A DNA stretch of 63,682 nt, filler included, from Candidatus Fermentibacterota bacterium (lineage in GTDB: Bacteria; JAFGKV01), in assembly GCA_016928395.1 (NCBI GenBank). It is 8 parts of 8 records of this genome, joined end to end, with 100 filler letters (N's around TTAATTAATTAA, not from the genome) between each part and the next. Parts side by side here need not be neighbours in the genome. Positions count along the whole stretch, not along the records: positions 29,080 to 42,744 come from JAFGKV010000026.1; positions 42,845 to 46,920 come from JAFGKV010000198.1; positions 47,021 to 57,370 come from JAFGKV010000199.1; 5 more parts are not named here. The stretch is one strand, 5' to 3'. Position 1 is the stretch's first letter, and each line of letters starts with the position of its first letter. This document shows, piece by piece, positions 38,282-47,483 of this stretch. The notes beneath the pieces are model-generated. The model ran no database searches, was not told the origin of the DNA, and saw only the letters and a list, made by a program, of their open reading frames with translations. A program made the position numbers and the translations under genes.

Positions 38282-39475
38282 TCACCGCGGAGCATTGCGA
38301 AGTGAGCTGCCTCGCCGGATGGCGTAGGTGCCGAAGCGATCGCGCACCGTGTCCACCGCCCGCTGGAGCGCGGGGGTCTCGGTCGAGGTCTCCTCCCACA
38401 ACTGAAGCTGACGGACCGGCGGGACAAGCCCGCTGACTCCCACGCCGACAAGACGTATGGGCCGTGCCGGCTTCCATGCTCGGGCAAACAGCGCCAGGGC
38501 AGTGCCGCCGATTAGCTCATCTCCATCCGCTGCCTCCTTCAAGCGCGTCTGCCGGGAGATTGTCGAGAAATCCGCCCAGCGCAGCTTCAGCTTCACCACC
38601 GTGGCGGCCATGCCGGCTTTTCGTAGCCGCCGGCCTACCGTGTCAGCCAGTTCACGGATTGTGCCGCGGAGCATAGCGCTGTCCGCTACATCCCTGGGGA
38701 AGGTGACTTCCTGGCTGATGGATTTGATGTCGTGGGTGGACACCACAGGGCTGGTATCAGAGCCACGCGCGCGGGCATTCAATTCGCGGCCGTACTGGCC
38801 AAACATCTCGACCAGCTCGTCCACAGGACAGAGGGCCAAGTCTCCGATCGTCTTCACGCCCCGCTGCGCGAGGCGTTCCTCAGTCTTGGGGCCGACACCC
38901 CACAGCATCCGCACGGGGAGGGGCGCGAGGAAAGGTCCCTCGGTGCCGGGGGGCACAATCGTCACGGCGTTGGGAGGGTATCCTCGAGGTGCCGACGCCT
39001 TGCCAACTTCAGTGGCGATCTTTGCCACGAGCTTGTTGGAGGCGACTCCCACCGAGCAGGGCAATCCGAGCCGGTCTCGGACATCGGCCTGAAGGCGCTG
39101 GGCCAGAGATTGAGCGTCCTCAAAACCATGGGTAATATCGACGAACGCCTCGTCTATGGACACCTGCTCCACCGCAGGACTCACGGCACGGAGGGATTCC
39201 ATGACCGCCTGCGACATCTCATCGTACGCCTCGTAATGCCCCGGGATCACCAGGAGGTCCGGGCATGCCCTGAGGGCTTGGGCCATGGGCATTGCCGATC
39301 GTACACCGAACATCCGGGCCGGATAGGAGCAGGAGGCGACTACCCCGCGCTGGCGGGGAGTTCCGCCGACGGCGAAGCGCGCGCCTCGCAACGTGGGATC
39401 CCTGAGTTCCTCCACCGAACAGAAGAACGCATCGAGATCAAGATGGAGAATGACCCTCTGTGCCGGAATCATCAT
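38282..39475 (-). CDS. dinB: DNA polymerase IV
   Basis: LHLDLDAFFCSVE, SCSYPARMFGVRSAM, SIDEAF, NKLVAKIA, WGVGPKT. Confidence 0.95.
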   Translation of the reverse strand: MMIPAQRVILHLDLDAFFCSVEELRDPTLRGARFAVGGTPRQRGVVASCSYPARMFGVRSAMPMAQALRACPDLLVIPGHYEAYDEMSQAVMESLRAVSPAVEQVSIDEAFVDITHGFEDAQSLAQRLQADVRDRLGLPCSVGVASNKLVAKIATEVGKASAPRGYPPNAVTIVPPGTEGPFLAPLPVRMLWGVGPKTEERLAQRGVKTIGDLALCPVDELVEMFGQYGRELNARARGSDTSPVVSTHDIKSISQEVTFPRDVADSAMLRGTIRELADTVGRRLRKAGMAATVVKLKLRWADFSTISRQTRLKEAADGDELIGGTALALFARAWKPARPIRLVGVGVSGLVPPVRQLQLWEETSTETPALQRAVDTVRDRFGTYAIRRGSSLRNAPR

Positions 39476-39601
39476 CGCTGGCTCTCGGCTTTCGGCTGGT
39501 TGCTCTCTGTGAATGGAAAACCGCTTCGAGCGTTCCGCAGGCCTTGGGGGGCGGCGGACTTCATGGGCGTTTCCGTTGGCAGTCCACGGCGTAGGGGTGC
39601 A

Positions 39602-40678
39602 CTACGCCGTTCTGGCTTCCCGCGCGGCCACCCGTTCGATGATCTCCTCGATGGCCGGAAGCGCGACATGAAACGCATCCACAAGACTCGGATCAAAGGC
39701 CATGCCGGAGAGTCGGTTTACTTCCCGTACCGCCTCACCGCGCGGCCAACTGGGCTTGTAGGGCCGTGGGGAGATGAGGGCATCGAATACATCACACAGG
39801 CTGACAATACGCCCTTCTATGGGTATGTCCTCCCGGGCCAGGCCGCGGGGGTATCCCGTGCCGTCCCATCGTTCGTGGTGCGTGTAGGCAATAGTGGCCG
39901 CCATGCGCATCAGGGTCGAGCGATGCCCCGAGAGCAGCTCGGCGCCAATGACCGTGTGGCGCTGCATGACAGCGCGTTCTTCGGCGCTTAGGGCACTGGG
40001 CTTGAGGAGGATGCGGTCAGGTATTCCGATCTTGCCCACATCGTGCATCGGGCTGGCGCTGAGCACTAGGTCTGCCTGCGCATCCGAGAGGCCCGCAGTT
40101 CTGGCGACCAGCGCGCAGTATTGGCTCATGCGCATGATGTGCACCCCGGTACCGGTATCGTGGAACTCGGCCGCCCGGCTCAGACGATGAATGATCTCCA
40201 ACCGCGTCTGATGAAGCTCCTCGGTTCGCTCTCGAACCTTCTGCTCCAGAATGACATTCTGCTGGCGAAGATCTTCGTACAGGAGCCTGACCTCGATGAG
40301 ATTTCGGATCCTCGTGGCAACCTCGACGGGATCGAAAGGCTTCGTCAGGAAGTCTTTGGCTCCAGACTCCAGCGCCCTGATCCGCACGGCCTGATCGGGA
40401 TCAGCCGTGAGCACGAGGATCGGGACATAACCGTCGGTGGTCTTCGTGCTGAGGTGCTGCATGACCTCGAACCCGTCCATGCCGGGCATATGCAGGTCCA
40501 GCAGCAGGAGGTCGGGACGGAACGCCTCGTACAGGTCGGCAACCGTGCGGGGGTCCGAAGTGGAGAGGTAGTTTTCGTAGCCGGCCTTTCCGAGTAGTTG
40601 CTCAAGAAGCCGGGTGTTCGCGGGTTCGTCATCAACGACTAGAATGCGGGCTTGGACGATTCTGTCAGGTGTGATCAT
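39602..40678 (-). CDS. Response regulator with HD-GYP phosphodiesterase domain
   Basis: REC (VVDD, LDLHMP, KPF); MHDVGKIGIPD; HHERWDGTGYP. Confidence 0.93.
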   Translation of the reverse strand: MITPDRIVQARILVVDDEPANTRLLEQLLGKAGYENYLSTSDPRTVADLYEAFRPDLLLLDLHMPGMDGFEVMQHLSTKTTDGYVPILVLTADPDQAVRIRALESGAKDFLTKPFDPVEVATRIRNLIEVRLLYEDLRQQNVILEQKVRERTEELHQTRLEIIHRLSRAAEFHDTGTGVHIMRMSQYCALVARTAGLSDAQADLVLSASPMHDVGKIGIPDRILLKPSALSAEERAVMQRHTVIGAELLSGHRSTLMRMAATIAYTHHERWDGTGYPRGLAREDIPIEGRIVSLCDVFDALISPRPYKPSWPRGEAVREVNRLSGMAFDPSLVDAFHVALPAIEEIIERVAAREARTA

Positions 40679-42578
40679 GAGCGTTGTCCGGAGCTGGAGA
40701 TGGTGACGATGTGAGTAGCGCATCGATGGTCTTCAGAAACTTAGGCACGTCAAGGGGTTTGGTAAGGCATTGGACGATTCGCGCATGTTCCAGTTCCTCC
40801 ATCTCGTGAGGCATGGCGCTGGCAGTGACGACGACCACTGGGATGGCCGAGGTGAGGTCGTCGGACTGGAGTCTCCTCAGCACTTCCACCCCGCTGATGT
40901 CCGGAAGCCGTATGTCCAATAGCAGCAGATCGGGAAGATGGGCGCGTGCCATCTCGAGGCCCAGGCGGCCTTGACCCGCGTGCAGCAGCTTGAGAGAAGG
41001 CCTCCGGTGGAGGATCTGCCGCACCAAGGCCACGTTGGCCAGATCGTCCTCGATGTAGAGGATGGTACCTCCCGCTGCGGCTGTTCCATTCGCGAGCTCT
41101 TTGGATGGGGGGGCGGGGAGCGCTGAAGACGGGGGTGCTTCAGGCAGGGTGATGATGAAGCAGGTGCCGAGGCTCTCCGTGCTGGTGAAGGAGATTGTCC
41201 CACCCATGAGTGTCACGAGATGCTTGGTGATGGCCAGCCCGATTCCCGTCCCCCCCATGCCGCCATCGTCTGCTCGGAATCGTTCAAACGGGGTGAACAC
41301 GAGCGCGTGCTTCTCTGGAGGGATCCCGTACCCTGTGTCGGTCACGCTCAGTTGGATTGCGCCATTGCCCGACCGCCGAGCTTCCACGCGTACCAGCCCT
41401 CCATCGCGATTGTACTTGATGGCATTGGAGAGCAAGTTGAGCATCACCTGGCGGAGTCGACTGGTGTCCGCGTGTACGGCGAGAGTGCGCTCGTCCTGAA
41501 GATCCACATGCATGGTGATCGTGCGCCCATCAGCCAGGGGGCGAACGCTAACCACCGTTTCACGGACCAAGGAACCGATCGTCACGGGCTCAATAATGAG
41601 TTTGATACGGCCCGCTTCGATTCTGGCGAGATCCAGCAGCTCGCTGATGAGTCCGAGCAGGTGGCGCCCCGACGCCAGGATCTCCTCCACGCCGTGCCGC
41701 TGGTTCGGCGTCAGCGGTTCGTCAGTATCCGTGGCCAGTAGTTGCGAAAACCCCAAGATGGAGTTCAGGGGCGTGCGCAGCTCATGGCTCATCCGGGAGA
41801 GAAACTCCGATTTGGCTCGATTTGCCCGGTCAGCGTCCTGCTTCGCCTCGTACATTGCTTCCTCGGCTCTCCTTCGCTCCAGCACTTCTTGGCTGAGTCG
41901 GGTATTGGCCGCGGCGGTCTCGGCTGTTGTGCGTTCCACCAGCATTTCGTAGTCATCGCGGATCGTCTCGTAGGCCGCCATGAGCAAACTGACGACCAGG
42001 TAGGCCGCCGCGAACTGCCGGAGGTATACCACGGAGTAGGGTGTAGCGGCGAGACCCCATGTCTCCAGAAGCATGAATCCCAGGAATACCGCCAACGACG
42101 CACCTACCCACCACCACCCACCCCTGCGTCCCTTCAGGTAGAAGGCCCCGGCGGGAAAGCAGAACCACCAGAAGATCCCCGTCTTCTCCATTCCTCCGGT
42201 GTAGAGGAGGAATGCCATCACGAAGAAGGTAAGGAGCATGGTCACGGTCTGGGCACGATCGACGTTTTTGCTGACGCGCAGGTAGAGCAGCACCAAAGCC
42301 CCCAACAGCGCACATACGATCTCCACGAGCCCGACGCCGGGCCTGGCGCTACTACTCGAGGAGATAATGTTGTAGCCGCCGAATGTCAGCAGCGCGATGA
42401 TAGTCACCAACGCGAAGACATTGAGAAATCGCACACGGCGCATCACGGTAGATTCAACGCAACCACAGAGCCCACCGGTAACGAAATCCCGCCACATTTG
42501 GCGGAGTCGATCGCCTGGCGGGGCGCCGCATGGTGGGGGCCGTGGGGATTCGGTCGTGGGCATGGCATTCCTCGACAT
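40665..42578 (-). CDS. Membrane hybrid histidine kinase (HisKA-HATPase-REC)
   Basis: TM helices; MSHELRTPLN, NLLSNAIKY, DTGYGI, GTGIGL; C-terminal REC. Confidence 0.93.
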   Translation of the reverse strand: MSRNAMPTTESPRPPPCGAPPGDRLRQMWRDFVTGGLCGCVESTVMRRVRFLNVFALVTIIALLTFGGYNIISSSSSARPGVGLVEIVCALLGALVLLYLRVSKNVDRAQTVTMLLTFFVMAFLLYTGGMEKTGIFWWFCFPAGAFYLKGRRGGWWWVGASLAVFLGFMLLETWGLAATPYSVVYLRQFAAAYLVVSLLMAAYETIRDDYEMLVERTTAETAAANTRLSQEVLERRRAEEAMYEAKQDADRANRAKSEFLSRMSHELRTPLNSILGFSQLLATDTDEPLTPNQRHGVEEILASGRHLLGLISELLDLARIEAGRIKLIIEPVTIGSLVRETVVSVRPLADGRTITMHVDLQDERTLAVHADTSRLRQVMLNLLSNAIKYNRDGGLVRVEARRSGNGAIQLSVTDTGYGIPPEKHALVFTPFERFRADDGGMGGTGIGLAITKHLVTLMGGTISFTSTESLGTCFIITLPEAPPSSALPAPPSKELANGTAAAGGTILYIEDDLANVALVRQILHRRPSLKLLHAGQGRLGLEMARAHLPDLLLLDIRLPDISGVEVLRRLQSDDLTSAIPVVVVTASAMPHEMEELEHARIVQCLTKPLDVPKFLKTIDALLTSSPSPAPDNAHDHT

Positions 42579-42844
42579 ACGCGCCCCACCTATCGACAAT
42601 CCAATACGAGCTGTCCGAATCGTCAAGGCCGCAGAGAGCCTGCGCGGCTACGGCCCATCGTCTCGCAGAATACGGGTCTTTGCCCGGCGGAACGATGGGC
42701 GTGGAAGACCACCCGCTGAGCGTCGATCGCCATCACTATTCTAANNNNNNNNNNNNNNNNNNNNNNNNNNNNNNNNNNNNNNNNNNNNTTAATTAATTAA
42801 NNNNNNNNNNNNNNNNNNNNNNNNNNNNNNNNNNNNNNNNNNNN

Positions 42845-42970
42845 ACTGCCTATTGCCGACTGCCTACTGCCTATTGCCGACTGCCTACTGCCGACTGCCG
42901 ACTGCCTATTGCCGACTGCCGACTGCCGACTGCCTATTGCCGACTGCCTATTGCCGACTGGAGACTGCCG
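42845..42970. repeat. Heptamer tandem repeat A(C/T)TGCC(T/G), 18 units
   Basis: Counted directly from the contig start. Confidence 0.93.
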
Positions 42971-43038
42971 ACTTATGCGCAGCTGTCGGCTATCCAGGAG
43001 CTTGCTGTGCTCGCGCTGGAAGTGAGGAGTGAGGAGTG
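42963..43038 (+). repeat. Composite direct repeat, copy 1
   Basis: Matches 46804-46900 except 3 substitutions and 3 fewer internal heptamers. Confidence 0.9.
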
Positions 43039-43138
43039 AGGAGTGAGAAGTGGTTCAGGATTCGGCGCCTTGCCCGCAAGGGCTCCCAGTATGGCCACGG
43101 GATGGTGACGTAAGAGACACGCATCGATCGCTTACGCT

Positions 43139-43163
43139 GTAGCCACGGCGGTCCCCCGCCGTG
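43139..43163 (+). repeat. Single GTAG-type REP-like hairpin
   Basis: GTAGC-CACGGCGG-TCCC-CCGCCGTG. Confidence 0.55.
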
Positions 43164-43401
43164 CACACCACGGCACACGGAGTGCGAGGCATATCAGGAA
43201 TATAGGACTCGTCCTACATTGGACATATCCTATATGAGCCCCGATCCATCTCGCGCCAGTGATTGTTCCCAGGGTCCCCCTTTCCCGCGTGGAGGAGGGC
43301 GACCCCTTCCCCCCGCAGCCCCTGGGTGACCAGAGTCAGTCGCCGCTGCGGCGATGCCCGGCCGACGTTCCCCATCACGGTGATCGGCCGACCCTCGAAC
43401 C

Positions 43402-44766
43402 CTATCGCACCCGCACGACTGTTGCGGTAGCCTGACCGCTTGGGCTCACTACCCGCAGCACGTAGGCCCCGGGGCTTGCAAGACTCCCCTGAGCTGTCCG
43501 GCCATCCCATGATACCTGGTGACGCTCTGCGCCGATTGTGCCATCCATCAGCGTCCGCACCAATCGACCCTCCAAAGAGTAGATCCCTGCGGAGACCATC
43601 TCGGGGGCATCACACGTGAACCGAGCGGTTACGATGTCACGAAATGGCACCGGCGCTACCGCTTCGATCTTCAGCGCACCCGCCACGCCTAACAAGGGAG
43701 ATTCCTCCGCGGATACACGATCAGTCCAGAGCCAGAGTCCATCACTTCGAGCTGCGAGTAGTTCCCCTGGACGACTGGTTTGGCAGAAATCCAGAGTGGC
43801 ACCGGTCCCCGGGAGGCCGTCCGACAGCAGAGCCCATGAGACTCCCTCGTCATCTGACCGGTAGAGACGGTCGGTACGGAGATAGATCGTCCCTGGCTCA
43901 TGGTGGTCGAATTCAAGACGGCATTCGCCGTTGCCGTAGGTGCCGATCGGCCATGTCGACCATGTCGCTCCGTCATCAAGAGAAGAAGCCACGTCCAAGT
44001 CCTCTGAGTACTCCTCCCCATGGCCCATCACGGCCATCCAATGAAGCGGGTCGGCCGGATCCTGATCGAAGCCCCTCACGTACCCGGGGAGGATCACACG
44101 CCAGGTCACCCCTCCATCGTCGCTCCGACCAAGCCCGGGCGAGCTCGAGATGGGGGAACAGATCGCTGCGCACACAACTGACGAGTCTTGGGAGTGAAAG
44201 ACCACATGGTCGCTAAGTGACCACGCGAAATCGTTGCAGACGAGGATCCAGGAGACCCCATCATCTTGGCTTCGCGCCAGCCCAAAGCCAAGATCCACGG
44301 GGTCATACGTATGCGTGGCGAAGATCCTGCTATCACCCCATGGGCTGGGCAGATATCTCGTATGAGTGAAGTCCCCTCGATCCCAATGCGACCCTGCATC
44401 ACGGCTCCTCCATGCCCAGCCTTCCGGATGCCACAGCGTGGTACCGGTTCCACAATAGACCGCAGACTGATCTCGTTCATCCACGGTGAGTCTATAGCAA
44501 TGTACGTTGTTGCTCTCGGAGAGATACTCCCATGAGATTCCCCCGTCTCTGCTCTTGTACACGCCTGTCTCGCTATCGGGCGCAGCTGCGGAAGGCATCG
44601 CGACGTAGAGGACGTCTCCTGAGTCGGGCGGACTCGCTACTGACCGTAATAAGAGGTCTCCGAACGCGATCGATTTCCATTCCCACTCGTTCCCGTTGGC
44701 AGAGAATCCCACGCACAGGAGAACTGAGAGAGAGGCCACTATTCGAAGGAATCCGTGCCGCTTCAT
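43402..44766 (-). CDS. Secreted BNR/Asp-box beta-propeller protein with FlgD-type C-terminal domain
   Basis: Signal peptide; six SxDxGxxW Asp-boxes; IYSLEGRLVRTL...WDGR...SPGAYVLRV. Confidence 0.85.
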   Translation of the reverse strand: MKRHGFLRIVASLSVLLCVGFSANGNEWEWKSIAFGDLLLRSVASPPDSGDVLYVAMPSAAAPDSETGVYKSRDGGISWEYLSESNNVHCYRLTVDERDQSAVYCGTGTTLWHPEGWAWRSRDAGSHWDRGDFTHTRYLPSPWGDSRIFATHTYDPVDLGFGLARSQDDGVSWILVCNDFAWSLSDHVVFHSQDSSVVCAAICSPISSSPGLGRSDDGGVTWRVILPGYVRGFDQDPADPLHWMAVMGHGEEYSEDLDVASSLDDGATWSTWPIGTYGNGECRLEFDHHEPGTIYLRTDRLYRSDDEGVSWALLSDGLPGTGATLDFCQTSRPGELLAARSDGLWLWTDRVSAEESPLLGVAGALKIEAVAPVPFRDIVTARFTCDAPEMVSAGIYSLEGRLVRTLMDGTIGAERHQVSWDGRTAQGSLASPGAYVLRVVSPSGQATATVVRVR

Positions 44767-46394
44767 GGCACCACCCTCCAGGTTCGTACCTCATGGGGAG
44801 TGACGACCCGCACGATCTTCGGACCAGTGGGCACATCTTCGAATCTCTGGAGCCATCGCGTGGCCGAAACACGGTTTGTGGGCCAATTCGAGGTCACTTG
44901 GGAGTACAGCTTCCTCCCCAACAGGTCGTAGACGCTGACCTCGCCATGTGCCAGCGTCCCAGAACTACTCAACCCGACCTCGAAATCCTCCTCCGCGGCC
45001 TGCACTCTGAAACTCGGGCACTGCCTACGGTATCTCAGGTTCAGAGCACCTACCGCATCGATTCGCCCACTCCCCATGCGGATGCACCAGCAGGGGTGCC
45101 CCCAGCAGTCTGAGGTGTCATACGCGTAGCCGGAAGGCGGAGGGATCATAATGGACGTATTCTGAAGCTGCGTCTTTATTTGATGGTTCACCATCCAGGG
45201 GTGCTTCGAGATCAACATGCCCGCGATTCCCGCGGCGTGCGCGGTGGCGCCGGAGGTGCCGCCGCAATCCGCATCGTATCCTCCGTCTAGTCCTGTGGAG
45301 CAGTAACTTCCGCTGTTCTCACCGGGAGACAGCAAGCTAAGCTGACCGCCATAGTCCCCAGACTGGAACTGCGTCGAGGGCCAGACTTCGTCATCCTCAG
45401 TGCTTCCTCCGACCGCAATGACGCATTGGAGCGAGCATGACCATGCCGCTGGGTAGTGGATCTTAACGCCCGGGCCATCGTTTCCCGCACAGCACAGGAT
45501 CACGGTGCCGGGTGCATTGTCGTTTACATCGCAAAATGCGGCCCTCATGGCACTCATGCCGTCGTATCCCGGAGTCGCGTTATAGAGACTGATGCTCACG
45601 ACCCGACTTCCCTCTTCGAACACCACATAATCGAGTGCACCAGCCACCGCCCACGGAGACCACCTGAACGAAAGCCCTGAGCAGTCGTCTGTCACTTTTT
45701 CAACACGCACTTGGCAGTTCTGGTTGATCCCCGCGACGCCTCCGTTCCCGCTTGGTGCCATGAGCTCCCCGACACGATGCGTGCCATGACCACTGTAGTC
45801 CTCGGGCCAGCCTCCGAGAGGAGTGTACCAGTTCCAACCGTACTGTATCCTGGGGCTTGATGCATACTCCGGGTGATCAGTATCACACCCGGAGTCCAGG
45901 ATGGAGATCAGCACGTCCGAATTGGACGGCACTTGGCTCCAGGCATCCACCGCCCGAGTGATCGTGAGCGGCCACTGTATTTCCTCCCACGGATCCGGTG
46001 GGCAATTGAGACGATCACCGTCAACTGCAGAGCCGCCCAAGTCGTCGGCAGCTTGCCGCACGACGCCATGCAACTCGCACGCCTCGACGCTCGGGAGACT
46101 CGCTACCTCCTGAACCTCCGCCGCTGCATCCACATTCGGAGGCAACATGAGTCGGTACCAACCAATCCTCGGGATAGAATCGGACACGCTTGCGTTCAGC
46201 TCGTCGGCGATCTTACGAACATCCATTCCGGGAAGCGGCTTCACCAGCAGCTGCCCTTGCACATACACGACTTCGTTCCCATTGATGGTCACGGTATCTA
46301 TGTCACATTCTCCGCCTTGGCACCAACCGGTCGACTGCATTGTGCAGAGAACCGAAAGCGCGGCGAGAATCAAGAACGCAATCTGAGTTCGCAT
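44763..46394 (-). CDS. Secreted S8 (subtilisin-like) peptidase
   Basis: Signal peptide, prodomain; LDSG, GHGTH, AGND, GTSGAT; C-terminal VYDLLGR motif; ATG 46394 with GAGGAGG SD. Confidence 0.88.
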   Translation of the reverse strand: MRTQIAFLILAALSVLCTMQSTGWCQGGECDIDTVTINGNEVVYVQGQLLVKPLPGMDVRKIADELNASVSDSIPRIGWYRLMLPPNVDAAAEVQEVASLPSVEACELHGVVRQAADDLGGSAVDGDRLNCPPDPWEEIQWPLTITRAVDAWSQVPSNSDVLISILDSGCDTDHPEYASSPRIQYGWNWYTPLGGWPEDYSGHGTHRVGELMAPSGNGGVAGINQNCQVRVEKVTDDCSGLSFRWSPWAVAGALDYVVFEEGSRVVSISLYNATPGYDGMSAMRAAFCDVNDNAPGTVILCCAGNDGPGVKIHYPAAWSCSLQCVIAVGGSTEDDEVWPSTQFQSGDYGGQLSLLSPGENSGSYCSTGLDGGYDADCGGTSGATAHAAGIAGMLISKHPWMVNHQIKTQLQNTSIMIPPPSGYAYDTSDCWGHPCWCIRMGSGRIDAVGALNLRYRRQCPSFRVQAAEEDFEVGLSSSGTLAHGEVSVYDLLGRKLYSQVTSNWPTNRVSATRWLQRFEDVPTGPKIVRVVTPHEVRTWRVVP

Positions 46395-46803
46395 TAGGAC
46401 CTCCTCTGCCATGATACCCTCGTAGAGCACTTCCCAGTGAACAGAGCTCGAGAGACAAGGGTAGGGAGGCGGCCGCTCGTGGTGGGCGAGCGCTGTCAGG
46501 CGTGGGGATGCCCCCCCCGAAATGTTGGTCCGGGGGGGATACGCGAGCGGTCCCGCCATCGTCGTCAGATGGCATCCGTCCAACGACCCGGTACCGGGTC
46601 CTCAGAATCCGCGACATGGCATTCTCCAGGTCGGAGACGCGGCTGGTCATCTATCGGGCGTATTCGTGCCCTCAAATGGTCTTACTACAAGCAAGGGCCA
46701 CCGATGTCGGGTGTCAAGGTTCCCTTCGATTGCGGGACGCCCCGTGAGGCGGGCCGTTGCCCACCAACGGGGGCTCATGGCCGGGTTTCCCGCGCAGCGG
46801 GTT

Positions 46804-46900
46804 GACTGCCGGCTTATGCGCAGCTCTCAGCTATCAGCTGTCGGCTGTCGGCTGTCCAGGAGCTTGCTGCGCTCGCGCTGGAAGTGAGGAGTGAGGAGTG
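46804..46900 (+). repeat. Composite direct repeat, copy 2
   Basis: GACTGCCG.CTTATGCGCAGCT-(heptamers)-TCCAGGAGCTTGCTG.GCTCGCGCTGGAAGTGAGGAGTGAGGAGTG. Confidence 0.9.
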
Positions 46901-47031
46901 CTTCGAGGGTTGGGCCGCTANNNNNNNNNNNNNNNNNNNNNNNNNNNNNNNNNNNNNNNNNNNNTTAATTAATTAANNNNNNNNNNNNNNNNNNNNNNNN
47001 NNNNNNNNNNNNNNNNNNNNCGGATGCCGAG

Positions 47032-47251
47032 GCCTGGATTGCCCGATCCAGTCGGGCAATGACGGGGGGAGCGCGAAGAACGTCGCGCGCCTCCGTACGG
47101 GAGGGTGCCTCCCGCCCTCCCGTGCAGCGCGATCGAAGACCGAGCTCGCCGAGTGCGATTGCGATAGCGATAGCGACCCCGATACCGACCCCGAGCCCCC
47201 GGGCGACCAGACCCTCAGCCTGGATTGCCCGATCGAGTCGGGCAATGACGG
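47032..47251 (-). repeat. Two CGTC-type palindromic repeats (47032-47065, 47218-47251) flanking hexamer runs
   Basis: GCCTGGATTGCCCGATC(C/G)AGTCGGGCAATGACGG; 9-bp stem; minus strand reads CGTC at the 5' end. Confidence 0.85.
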
Positions 47252-47483
47252 AGGGGATAGGGTGACACGGTGTATCCTCCCAGAATGGCCCCCCCGCCGG
47301 TCAAGGGGGATGGCCACGGAGTGATGGAGGAATGAGGAGGCAGGGTAGACCGCGCGCCGCCCGCGGCAGCTCCCCCGGCGCGGCCCCCGAATCCGAGACC
47401 GGGAGGCTCGACTGCGGCGAAGATTGCAGATTGAAGACTTGACCCGGTATCTCCGGTGACGTGCGCGCTCTCCGCTGAGCGAA

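Noticed and set aside
38732..39991. 419-aa plus-strand ORF and similar long antisense ORFs
   Set aside because: Antisense to well-supported genes (dinB, HD-GYP); expected at high GC
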